Position numbers and translations under genes: made by a program. A stretch of DNA of 63,893 nt, filler included, from Asterionella formosa (lineage: Eukaryota), in assembly GCA_002256025.1 (NCBI GenBank). It is 24 parts of 24 records of this genome, joined end to end, with 100 filler letters (N's around TTAATTAATTAA, not from the genome) between each part and the next. Parts side by side here need not be neighbours in the genome. Positions count along the whole stretch, not along the records: positions 1 to 1,568 come from NKIB01001907.1; positions 1,669 to 3,232 come from NKIB01001908.1; positions 3,333 to 4,896 come from NKIB01001909.1; positions 4,997 to 6,560 come from NKIB01001910.1; positions 6,661 to 8,224 come from NKIB01001911.1; positions 8,325 to 33,969 come from NKIB01001912.1; 18 more parts are not named here. One strand, given 5' to 3'. Shown here one piece after another: positions 1 to 10,263 of this stretch (positions are counted from its first letter, which is position 1; every line of letters begins with the position of its first letter). The notes under the pieces were generated by a model, which made no database searches, was not told the DNA's origin, and saw only the letters and a list, made by a program, of their open reading frames with translations.

Positions 1-2
1 TT

Positions 3-1007
3 TTTTTTCAGAACACACCATTTTGTCTGAAGAAGACCAAATGCCATTTCTATTCTTATCCTTAGCTGTGAAAGGAAAAAGTTAAATGTATCCTGTGTTG
101 GATCATCACGTTGTGAGCCAACAAAGGGAACAAGCATTACATCAGACAATGTGTAAGCTGCATCGCCGACCAGATAAAAACCTGTGTTGAATGCTGCAAC
201 TCGATCGAAAATGGAAGTTCGTTCAAAAGCTACTTGGTCACTGCATTTTCCCGGTGCAATTACACCAAAATAAATAAATCTTGAGTCAGCATCACAAACA
301 GCCTGGACATTGATTCCATAAGTCATGTAGTGACCGGAAAAAAATGAACCAGGGTTGTTGCCACTTTCAACTATAGTCGGGCGGTTGATGGTGGCTAGGA
401 AGCCGTCAATAGCACCAACACATCCTCTCATCATGCCCTCTGAGCTTTTGCATTCAAAGCTGGAAGCCAATTTGATAAATTCTTCTTTTTCTTTTGGAAA
501 AACAATTTCGAGTTCTCCACAGTTTAGTACAGCATCAATGAACAAATCACGACATCGATAAAGTGAAGCAATGCTACAACCGTAGGCATGACAAATGTCG
601 ATGTAACTGCCACCAGCCAGCCATCGCAAACCAATGGCTACCACAATTTCGGGAATTATGGGCTCAGAAGTGCCACATTTGGAATAATTCCCTGCAATCT
701 GAATTTCCAGCATGGAGGTGAGTTTTTTGAATGCTCTGTGTGACATTCTGTATGTCTTCTCGAAAGCAATCTCGTGATTGAGTTTCTTGACATGTGATTG
801 CCAGGAGATTCTTTCGTGGTGCCACTTGTGCCTTCGTTGTCGTCGTCGTTCAGATGACTGAAGCTGCCGTTTACAGCGTCGCCTTTGTCGTTTGGATGAG
901 TGTTCTTTTTCCTCTGCTTCCTTAGCTAAATGACAGAGGAAGAAGAAATCAAAATCACTAGTACTGTCATCATCATTATCATCAAGTAAATCAAATGGCG
1001 ACGACAT
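3..1007 (-). mobile_element. PIF/Harbinger DDE transposase, 3'-truncated at window edge
   Basis: Manual translation from ATG at 1007: MSSPFDLL...SWQSHVKKL...YRMS...LRWLAGGSYIDI...GCVGAIDG...GHYMTYGINVQAVCD...YLVGDAAY...FNFFLSQLRIRIEMAFGLLQTKW, i.e. DDE_Tnp_4-type motifs. Missing from the ORF track because it has no stop. Confidence 0.92.
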
Positions 1008-1289
1008 GATTCATGCAAATGTGTGTTTTTAATATAATATTTAGTTTCCCGGTAATAATATTTTATGTTGTTGCTTGATATCAAGACCATCATTATATTC
1101 CGGAGGGATATACACATGATCTTCGCCAGCCAGTTGCCGTTGAAGATCCATGTTACTCCATGATACAATGTCATCACAAATTAGTGATACAGTGACACTT
1201 TTGGAATGAATGAAATTCAGTTCAAATCGAGTTACCGTTGCTGATACATTTTCAAAAAAATTCAAATTCTGTGATACACGAAAAAAAAT

Positions 1290-1306
1290 GATAAGAACGG
1301 CCCTAA
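1290..1306 (-). mobile_element. Probable Harbinger terminal inverted repeat with TAA target site
   Basis: Minus strand reads TTA|GGGCCGTTCTTATC about 300 bp upstream of the transposase ATG; TGATACA recurs subterminally (about 1161, 1185, 1242, 1272). Confidence 0.65.
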
Positions 1307-1338
1307 TCTTCTCATGTCACAGCACACATGTTGCGGTG

Positions 1339-1425
1339 GCGGGTTCAATTCCTGCATTCTCCACCTGTCTTTTTCATGTAGTCCCTAGGGTTCTGGGGGT
1401 GCGTGCGGCTGACGAAAAGACAGGT
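1339..1425 (+). other. tRNA-like 3' half (T-arm/B box) with T-run and long hairpin; possible SINE or tRNA pseudogene
   Basis: GCGGG-TTCAATT-CCTGC stem-loop, then ATTCTCCA, TTTTT at 1370-1374, and inverted repeat ACCTGTCTTTT/AAAAGACAGGT. Confidence 0.35.
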
Positions 1426-1568
1426 CCCGTTGTACTGTACAGATGAATGAAACCTAATTGTGTCCATTTATTCATTTATTTGGGCACGAGTGCAATTATT
1501 GGATAGCTCTAACATACAATAAGACTTGATTGATAATTTCATGAATCTTCGTATGTCGTCATATTTGA

Positions 1569-1668
1569 NNNNNNNNNNNNNNNNNNNNNNNNNNNNNNNN
1601 NNNNNNNNNNNNTTAATTAATTAANNNNNNNNNNNNNNNNNNNNNNNNNNNNNNNNNNNNNNNNNNNN
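1569..1668. other. Artificial contig spacer (first of 23)
   Basis: N44-TTAATTAATTAA-N44, with stops in all six frames, repeated between all contigs. Confidence 0.98.
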
Positions 1669-1973
1669 TGAGACCAAAGAATGAACGAAATCGTCAAAGT
1701 TTCGTTGCATCGCAAGTTCTTTCATTCCTTTTTTCATCAAATCCTGCATGAAGAAGGCCCAGATCAAGAAAATCGAAACCAGAGAGAGGAAGCATGGTGT
1801 GTTGGAAGGAAAGGACAGGCGATTTTGTTTCGTTCAAATTGTTCATGGAATCACTGATGCATTATGGGTTTGCTTGAAAATTTTATTTTGTTTGACTATC
1901 ATATCACTGTTACCTGTCTTGTGTTTGCCGGTATATTATGATTATATTATGACAGGTACCAGTAGTAGGTGGG

Positions 1974-2272
1974 TGTGATGGCAGTGAAAAGTTGAAATGG
2001 TGACATCACACATTAAGCAAAATTGCTACTTTAAGCAAAACTACTTTAAGCAAAATCAATGGAAGCAAATGGCAGAAAAAGCAAACAGATTGGTGTCATT
2101 ATTTTAGGCTTAAACTAAGATTAATCTAAATATAATTTGGAACAACAAGCCGGCCGGTTGATTAATATAACGGCCGTCACAGAGATACACATGTATCAAC
2201 TTGCCAGTGGAATCACCATGTTGCAAGGACAACGATGAACGTAGCACCATAGGCAAAATTACTGCAACTTGC
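1974..2272 (+). repeat. Dispersed repeat, related to 62964-63299, ending in the GCAAAATT..GCAACTTGC terminus of the small MITE family
   Basis: Shared blocks GTGATGGCA..GTTGAAAT..TGACATCACACATTAAG, AGATACACATG..TGGAATCAC and the terminus. Confidence 0.6.
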
Positions 2273-2865
2273 AGGTGCCGCACATGGTGGTACCAGGTGG
2301 TACCATGAAAGGTCTGGTAATCAAGATATATATATTAATCGTTTTTGAAGTACAAACCGCATTTTACCGGACCTTCCACAGGTACCTGTACTCCGAGTAC
2401 CTGGTACTGATTATACGACACAGTAGGCTACATACCAGGAAGGTCCGGTGATCGAGATATTTAGCTTAGTCTTTTTTAAGTACCAAACGTGTTTACTGGA
2501 CCTTCCACACCAGTAGATGATACTTCACTTGTTTACTGTATACTGGTACCAGGAACGTCTGTTACCGCACATTTTATGTGCACCTTTTCAGTTACAATTC
2601 ACTCCCAATGATTTGTCCCATGCCTGCTGGACGAGAGGATAGGCCAGCTTTCTTTGAAAATAATATTCCATAAGTAATTTAGGATATGTTACTCTTATTG
2701 ACCGATGACGATTTGCAGAATCAAACTCTGAAAATGAAACGGATTTGCTGCCTGATCAAAAAAAAACCAGTTCAGCAAACCGTCTTCTTGCTTCGAAATA
2801 CAAATAGGAATCATTCTATGTTTAGAACTTGCTGACTACGAACATCTAAGACGCGAAATACGCCA

Positions 2866-3232
2866 CTTTTCGAAATTTCGTCTACGTATGAGTGTTAATT
2901 ATGTGGTACTTCACATGCATTAATGCCACTCTTCACGTAAAAAAGATTACTTTTAACTGTTTCATGTGAAGTTTTCACAATGAATTTTGAACGCGAGACT
3001 GAATTAGTTGATGTTTCAAATAATTCATTTGACTTTTCGAAATTTCGTCTACGTACGAGTGTTAATTATGTGGTACTTCACATGCATTAATGCCACTCTT
3101 CACGTAAAAAGGTTACTTTTAACGGTTTCATGTGAAGTTTTAACGGTTTCATGTGAAGTTTTAACGGTTTCATGTGAAGTTTTAACAGTTTCATGTGAAG
3201 TTTTCACAATGAATTTTGAACGCGAGACTGAA
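2866..3232 (+). repeat. Direct repeat (~140 bp, twice); the second copy contains a 21-bp unit four times
   Basis: CTTTTCGAAATTTCGTCTACGTA...CGCGAGACTGAA occurs twice; TTTTAACGGTTTCATGTGAAG is tandem at about 3117-3200. Confidence 0.85.
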
Positions 3233-3332
3233 NNNNNNNNNNNNNNNNNNNNNNNNNNNNNNNNNNNNNNNNNNNNTTAATTAATTAANNNNNNNNNNNN
3301 NNNNNNNNNNNNNNNNNNNNNNNNNNNNNNNN

Positions 3333-4252
3333 GGCGTAATCATCTTGGTTATCAGCATCAAGTCAGTGCCTTCCAGGATAGCTGCATCAGAGCTTATTCC
3401 AAAGTGAGTGAAATTTGTGTCTGTGCGATTGAGCATCTGTAGGATTACTTTCCCACTATTGGTACCCACAAAGGATGAAAGGGTATTTCCTGCCTCGTTG
3501 GCCCAAAAGATGGAAATCTCTGCAATCGTCCAATTCAAATATTCGTTACTCGGCAATGCTCCTGTCGCGTTCATTGTAGTCTCATTTTCATTGAAAAGTC
3601 CAGAGTCGTTATGAGGGGCAGCTGATGGCGGCGGAGGTACCGCAAGGAGCCTACTAGCGATCATGGCAGCTCCTACAGCAATAACTGAAGCAAGAACAAT
3701 GCATCCCGCTAGTATAGATATTAGTCGGCACATACGATTGATTGTTTTCACTCCTTCAATTATAATTTCATCACCGTTTGCTAATTCCGCATGGAAAATG
3801 TCCTCTGTCATTCTTGTTTCGGAAAAGTGACAAATGTCAGCATCTAGTACAACATGTAGCTCCCCAGCAGCACTACCGGTACTACTAGTATTGCGGCTTA
3901 CAAAACTCTCGTAACCCCTTGATATTGACTGATCGTCAGGTCTCATAAAGTCCTCGTGCTCGGATCTCAACGACTGTGTAGTGGGTCGTTGATGTACTAC
4001 TGTTTGTGCAGTTGGAGGTTCATTGTGTGGTGCTCCTGCCATATGCTCTGCCCTTTCGTGTTGTTTCAACAACCAGTCCTCGATATCCAAATCATTCATG
4101 CTACAATCATCCAACTCGCAAGGCGCCTCGTCATCGTGATCTCTCGGGGAATTTTTCATGTTTTCTTTTCTTATTTTATGAGTAAAATTCCGGTAATATT
4201 TAGATATCCTATTTTTGTTTTGCTTGTGCATTACGGTATTACCGGTAGTCAT
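3333..4252 (-). CDS. Single-pass membrane protein, possibly with a fasciclin (FAS1)-like ectodomain; 3'-truncated, true start may be downstream
   Basis: ORF >300 aa: disordered N-terminus, TM helix LISILAGCIVLASVIAVGAAMIA, Pro-rich linker, several N-x-S/T sites, and FTHFGISSDAA resembling FAS1 FTxFAPxxxA. Confidence 0.5.
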
Positions 4253-4998
4253 CGTCCATACACCATATATATGATTGCAGAAAATTGTTTGGTCGGGCCT
4301 TTAACATAAAAAAGTTTGCTTCAACTTTGTGATCGTGCGTGCCGAAAGATTTATATGGGAGGAATAGTGTGAATGAACCACTTCTGGTATGTCTCATATC
4401 ATAAACAGCTGCTCCGTACATGAGCGAATTAATCACATCATGATGTACATACTGATATGGATACCTGCGGCCGCACTCCGGACTAATTTAAGTTCAGTTG
4501 TTGTCCAACTCACGTTACAACGTTCGTAAACGAAGAAACAAATAATCGCGAACCTACAGTCGGAAGAAAGGATGCATTAGTACACCAGTCATGGAGAAAC
4601 AATTGGTCGTTTGGTTTCCAGAAGATTATGATTTGGCCGTGTGGTCTATTTTTCCTGAACAAAAATACCGGTAGTTCGTACACAAGTTCGCACATGGGTG
4701 TACTTATGAAGCACTCGTTGAGACATACGAATAGGATTCGGACGCCAGGGCAATATAAAATGGTGGTTCTTTTAATGGGTGTACTTTTATGTATGCTATG
4801 CTTCGTTGTCTACGACCCCCAAAATGTACACTATCGTGACTGAATTTGACTCATACTACTGGGTCTTGGACTATGATAAGATTTCCCTTATATTTCNNNN
4901 NNNNNNNNNNNNNNNNNNNNNNNNNNNNNNNNNNNNNNNNTTAATTAATTAANNNNNNNNNNNNNNNNNNNNNNNNNNNNNNNNNNNNNNNNNNNNGT

Positions 4999-5157
4999 GT
5001 TACAGATGGATTTGATTTGCTGAACAAAGCTGGCATCCAAGAACAGCAAATTTTGGTCAAGAATCCCCGATGGAGACTTGCCTGCAAGGCTATCGTAGGC
5101 TTTGGTATGAAAGAGGGTTCCGTGACCCTCCGAGTAAATCCTAGGCAATGGGAGTAA
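4999..5157 (+). CDS. C-terminus of a 2Fe-2S ferredoxin-like protein (allele 1)
   Basis: Manual translation VTDGFDLLNKAGIQEQQILVKNPRWRLACKAIVGFGMKEGSVTLRVNPRQWE*; WRLAC is the final-Cys motif. Confidence 0.7.
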   Translation, partial: VTDGFDLLNKAGIQEQQILVKNPRWRLACKAIVGFGMKEGSVTLRVNPRQWE

Positions 5158-5354
5158 TTCATAAGCTAGAAATTGCATAAGTTATCGTATACCTGATTGC
5201 TCAAGAAGATCTGGTACAGATTTTGCTGCATGGGTCGACAAGCTCCACACCTCAGATTGAAGTATTGCACTGCTCAGCCATGCAAGTTATGTAGAGTGTA
5301 GTAAGCAGTCTGAAAGTATGATGTTCAAAATTTGTACTACAGAACTGCTATTAG

Positions 5355-6560
5355 TTAGCTACCAGTACCCCCAAAGGCTCGTCTCCCAAACACGCCTTGA
5401 CTAGCAGCACTGCATTGTTTCATGCGATCGATTGTGACCTTCAATTCTCCTATACTTTTCTGTTTTTCCCGGATCATCATATCTTTTTCAGCACTGATCG
5501 ACTGTAACCTTTGTATTTCTAAGTCCTTGCTCTCGATCTCATCCTTGGCATCCAATAGGAGCTGGTCTTTCTCACGAATGAGACTCTTTATCCTGTTGAA
5601 CTCTTCGTCCTTGCTGATTCGTATTCGATCAATTCCCGCCTTGAGCTCGACTAGTGCTTTTTGTTTCTCAGCAATGATCACGTCTTTTTCCTGTCCTGCG
5701 TCTGAGAGTCTCCGCAGGTCATTCTCTTTTTTCTGGAGACCACATGTGAGTATGTTAATCTTGTCGTCCTTCTCCTTGAGTTTGTTCCGAAGCTGTATAA
5801 TTTCGTCATCTCTTTCCGCGACCACTTTTTCCGATGCCTTCTCAACTTCTATCAAATCACATTGAGCTCGGTCCACTGCTGATGCCAATAAACTAACAAG
5901 AACTAACGACGATGTCCTCGACTCTTTCTTCCATAACTGTATATATTCGTCCTGTAGGTCTAATGGCAACATGGATCGCCATTCCAGTGCCAAAACTTTC
6001 GCACAGCGGAGTGACAGCGACTTGGTGTCATGCCGATTGGTGTCATCGTTGTTCTTCATATGCTTTTCTTCCTTTTCAAGCCTGCGAATGGCATTCAAAA
6101 AGACTCTCGCCGAGTAGGGGTCCACTTCTGTCATGATGCGCTCACTAGTCAAGGCATACAAGAATTTCTCTGATAGAGTTTCCGGATTTTTGAAGAGATA
6201 ATTGGATACTGTGAGACTCACGTCAAATGGATTTTTTGCAACAAGGTCTTTGGAACATATAATGGCCTCAAAGAGAGCGGGGGGCAAATTGGCAAAGGCT
6301 GGTTTCTCGATTTTGGAAAAGAGTTTGCAACATGCCATTCTGGCTCCAGTGATGAGTCGAATGTCTTGTATTTTGGAGGCTTCCAAAATGTAATCAATTG
6401 CCGTATATCGATTAAGGTCGATTTTAATGAATGCATTTGCTTCGGCCATGAGTGACCGACATGAAAGGTAGTTGGCGAGGTACCTCAATGCCACGGCGTT
6501 TCCCGAGTTGATCTCCAATGTTCCCATGTACATAAAGTCTAGAACCAATGGGAAGTATTC
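5355..6560 (-). CDS. BTB/POZ (C-terminal part) + BACK-like + coiled-coil protein, 5'-truncated (allele 1)
   Basis: FPLVLDFMYMGTLEINSGNAVALRYLANYL is a typical BTB end; long heptad-rich C-terminus. Confidence 0.8.
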   Translation of the reverse strand, partial: EYFPLVLDFMYMGTLEINSGNAVALRYLANYLSCRSLMAEANAFIKIDLNRYTAIDYILEASKIQDIRLITGARMACCKLFSKIEKPAFANLPPALFEAIICSKDLVAKNPFDVSLTVSNYLFKNPETLSEKFLYALTSERIMTEVDPYSARVFLNAIRRLEKEEKHMKNNDDTNRHDTKSLSLRCAKVLALEWRSMLPLDLQDEYIQLWKKESRTSSLVLVSLLASAVDRAQCDLIEVEKASEKVVAERDDEIIQLRNKLKEKDDKINILTCGLQKKENDLRRLSDAGQEKDVIIAEKQKALVELKAGIDRIRISKDEEFNRIKSLIREKDQLLLDAKDEIESKDLEIQRLQSISAEKDMMIREKQKSIGELKVTIDRMKQCSAASQGVFGRRAFGGTGS

Positions 6561-6662
6561 NNNNNNNNNNNNNNNNNNNNNNNNNNNNNNNNNNNNNNNN
6601 NNNNTTAATTAATTAANNNNNNNNNNNNNNNNNNNNNNNNNNNNNNNNNNNNNNNNNNNNGT

Positions 6663-6821
6663 GTTACAGATGGATTTGATTTGCTGAACAAAGCTGGCAT
6701 CCAAGAACAGCAAATTTTGGTCAAGAATCCCCGATGGAGACTTGCCTGCAAGGCTATCGTAGGCTTTGGTATGAAAGAGGGTTCCGTAACCCTCCGAGTA
6801 AATCCTAGGCAATGGGAGTAA
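6663..6821 (+). CDS. C-terminus of a 2Fe-2S ferredoxin-like protein (allele 2)
   Basis: Near-identical to 4999-5157. Confidence 0.7.
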   Translation, partial: VTDGFDLLNKAGIQEQQILVKNPRWRLACKAIVGFGMKEGSVTLRVNPRQWE

Positions 6822-7018
6822 TTCATAAGCTAGAAATTGCATAAGTTATCGTATACCTGATTGCTCAAGAACATCTGGTACAGATTTTGCTGCATGGGTC
6901 GAAAAGCTCCACACCTGAGATTGAAGTATTGCACTGCTCAGCCATGCAAGTTATGTAGAGTGTAGTAAGCAGTCTGAAAGTATGTTGTTCAAAATTTGTA
7001 CGACAGAACTGCTATTAG

Positions 7019-8224
7019 TTAGCTACCAGTACCCCCAAAGGCTCGTCTCCCAAACACGCCTTGACTAGCAGCACTGCATTGTTTCATGCGATCGATTGTG
7101 ACCTTCAATTCTCCTATACTTTTCTGCTTTTCCCGGATCATCATATCTTTTTCAGCACTGATCGACTGTAACCTTTGTATTTCTAAGTCCTTGCTTTCGA
7201 TCTCATCCTTGGCATCCAATAGAAGCTGGTCTTTCTCACGAATGAGATTCTTTATCCTGTTGAACTCTTCGTCCTTGCTGATTCGTATTCGATCAATTCC
7301 CGCTTTGAGCTCGACTAGTGCTTTTTGTCTCTCAGCAATGATCACGTCTTTCTCCTGTCCAGCGTCTGAGAGTCTCCGCAGGTCATTCTCTTTTTTCTGG
7401 AGACCACATGTGAGTATGTTAATCTTGTCTTCCATCTCCTTGACTTGGTTCCGAAGCTGTATAATTTCGTCATCTCTTTCCGCGACCACTTTTTCCGATG
7501 CCTTCTCAACTTCTATCAAATCACATTGAGCTCGGTCAACTGCTGATGCCAATAAACTAACAAGAACTAACGACGATGTCCTCGACTCTTTCTTCCATAA
7601 CTGTATATATTCTTCCTGTAGGTCTAATGGCAACATGGATCGCCATTCCAGTGCCAAAACTTTCGCACAGCGGAGTGACAACGATTTGGTGTCATGCCGA
7701 TTGGTGTCGGCGTTGTTCTTAATATGCTTCTCTTCCTTTTCAAGCCTGCGAATGGCATTCAAAAAGACTCTCGCCGAGTAGGGGTCCACTTCTGTCATGA
7801 CGCGCTCACTAGTCAAGGCATACAAGAATTTCTCTGATAGAGTTTCCGGTTTTTTGAAGAGATAATTGGATACTGTGAGACTCACGTCAAATGGATTTTT
7901 CGCAACAAGGTCTTTGGAACATATAATGGCCTCAAAGAGAGCGGGTGGCAAATTGGCAAAGGCTGGTTTCTCGATTTTGGAAAAGAGTTTGCAACATGCC
8001 ATTCTTGCTCCAGTGATGAGTCGAATGTCGTGTATTTTGGAGGCTTCCAAAATGTAATCAATTGCCGTATATCGATTGAGGTCGGTTTTAATGAATTCAT
8101 TTGCTTCGGCCATGAGTGACCGACATGAAAGGTAGTTGGCGAGGTACCTCAATGCCACGGCGTTTCCCGAGTTGATCTCCAATGTTCCCATGTACATAAA
8201 GTCTAGAACCAATGGGAAGTATTC
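7019..8224 (-). CDS. BTB/POZ + coiled-coil protein, 5'-truncated (allele 2)
   Basis: Same length and contig endpoints as 5355-6560, with scattered substitutions. Confidence 0.8.
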   Translation of the reverse strand, partial: EYFPLVLDFMYMGTLEINSGNAVALRYLANYLSCRSLMAEANEFIKTDLNRYTAIDYILEASKIHDIRLITGARMACCKLFSKIEKPAFANLPPALFEAIICSKDLVAKNPFDVSLTVSNYLFKKPETLSEKFLYALTSERVMTEVDPYSARVFLNAIRRLEKEEKHIKNNADTNRHDTKSLSLRCAKVLALEWRSMLPLDLQEEYIQLWKKESRTSSLVLVSLLASAVDRAQCDLIEVEKASEKVVAERDDEIIQLRNQVKEMEDKINILTCGLQKKENDLRRLSDAGQEKDVIIAERQKALVELKAGIDRIRISKDEEFNRIKNLIREKDQLLLDAKDEIESKDLEIQRLQSISAEKDMMIREKQKSIGELKVTIDRMKQCSAASQGVFGRRAFGGTGS

Positions 8225-8863
8225 NNNNNNNNNNNNNNNNNNNNNNNNNNNNNNNNNNNNNNNNNNNNTTAATTAATTAANNNNNNNNNNNNNNNNNNNN
8301 NNNNNNNNNNNNNNNNNNNNNNNNGACGCCAATTGATTCAGCAAGCTTATTGCTTGTGCTGCTTCCTCCTGTCAGTAGAGGAACAGATGATGGAATGGTG
8401 GGCAAGGACATGCAACATTTGGAGAAGAGGCAACTCAGTGAAATGAAGCAAGCAACAATCAGAAGAGGCAACTCAGTGAAATGAAGCAACAATCATGAAT
8501 GCAACAGCAACAGCAGCAGATTCAACAACAAATTTTGTAATAAAGTACTGGTAAGGGTAGCAACTATACTGCATACATTTATATACATCACGCAGCAACA
8601 CAACAGTTCTACTACCGGTAGTCATGTTAGTCTAAAACTATAATCGAATATTCTATTTGATTCTTGTATGGCCACACCGAAAACAGTGGAGGACACGCAG
8701 AAACAGGGTTTCAGGTTTTTGTGTGTTCTCCAATTTTTTGGTGTGGCAACACAAGAAATTTGTTCGTTTGTGCCATTTATTTTGTATTGGATAAGATGAC
8801 GCACACAATGAAGTTTGATGCACAGACACACAAAAAGCACGCATGTGTCTGTATTTGTTCAAC

Positions 8864-8880
8864 GATAAGAAATAGCCTTA
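8864..8880 (-). mobile_element. Possible Harbinger-type terminus
   Basis: Minus strand TAA|GGCTATTTCTTATC resembles TTA|GGGCCGTTCTTATC at 1290-1306; the adjacent 8325-8860 region is non-coding and repeat-like. Confidence 0.35.
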
Positions 8881-9202
8881 CATAGTCATTTGTACCGCTC
8901 ATGTACCTGATACCTGGTACCGACCCTTCTTGTGTAGCTACAGTGAACCGCCGAAAACTCGAGACAAGTCCCAAGCAAAGGATGGTACCTGTAAGAAACG
9001 ATGACACGAAGACATTTCAGCTTCTTAGTCCATAATCGACCTCGCATCAAGATGTTCAGAATGACCACGATCGAAAACAAACAAACAAGCTACATACCGG
9101 TGCGTATGTGAGAACACAAAGAATTACCCAGGTGGTCATGCCGGTATCTACCGTACTCACAGGTTCGATTGTGCAGTCTAGAGTACCAGGGATACCAGGT
9201 GA

Positions 9203-9333
9203 TGTGCAAGTTACTGTAATTTTGCATAAACAATACCAGAGCAAGTTGCGGTCAGTTTGCTTAAAGTAACATTTTGATCTGGGATAAAGATAGCTAAATC
9301 TTTAGCCAAGTCAAAATTTCAGTAACTTGCACA
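9203..9333. mobile_element. Small MITE-like element with an extra internal terminus
   Basis: TGTGCAAGTTACTGTAATTTTG...CAAAATTTCAGTAACTTGCACA; inner GCAAGTTGCGGTCA at 9241; core AAAGATAGCTAAATCTTTAG shared with 26777-26870. Confidence 0.65.
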
Positions 9334-10263
9334 AGTTTGTCCGGAAATAGTTGCATCGATTCGCCGGCACCACCAGTGACCTGGTACTGTTAATTATGAC
9401 CTTAATGACTTTAGGTAAATACTAATTAGAATATTAGTGGGATAAGGTACATCATGTAGCACCATGTTCCAGGTACCAGGGTACCTGGTACCCTGGTACG
9501 TAACATAAAATATTCAAGACGTACCAACACGTCCTTTCATTACCACAGTTCATATTTGCAAATGTCTACATGTCGCCATTATTTTATTATTAGGGATGCT
9601 CTGTTGGCCAAAAGAAAATGTATCTGGTGCGTGCTGGTACCTGGTACCAGAAAAGTAGGTAGCGATGTCCGAGCTCTATATGCATCATGTGTCGTCAGCA
9701 GTGGTGAACTTTTGGTCCAAAGCTGCGGACGAGCGAGAGGAACTTTCTACGGTATGTGTGTTACGAGTAATAGTATACTCTAGAGATAAATGGTCGGCCG
9801 CCTTTGTCTTTTTTGGCTTTATATATATTTCTACATAAAGAATATGTATATGAATTTTTGTTTTTAGTACATGCATACCGGTGCTGGTACCGGTAACTGG
9901 TACCAGGTAACCTGTATATAAATGTTGTACATCATCATACATAGTCTGTAACTACCGGTACATCTGCAATCCATTGCATTATGACTCTCGAATGATAAAA
10001 TGATTTTCTGAACGTTCCTCCGATTATTTTTATTCCGATATCGCTCTATAAGCAAAGAATAGGAAGTAGCTGAAAAAATAATATAGTACTCACTCAGCTC
10101 ACACAAATTCCATATGTACGAATAAATTTCATGATAAAAATTACTGGCACATACCGGTACATAAAGATTATTTAAGTGACGAGAATCTCGCACGATTATC
10201 ACTGCTCATCAAAAATTTATAAGATAAATTTATCAGGAACGATCATTATTAAAAACGAAGCAA

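Noticed and set aside
3117..3200. CRISPR-like short repeats (also 36540-36625 and 25740-25910)
   Set aside because: Head-to-tail minisatellites with no unique spacers, no cas genes, and a eukaryotic context.
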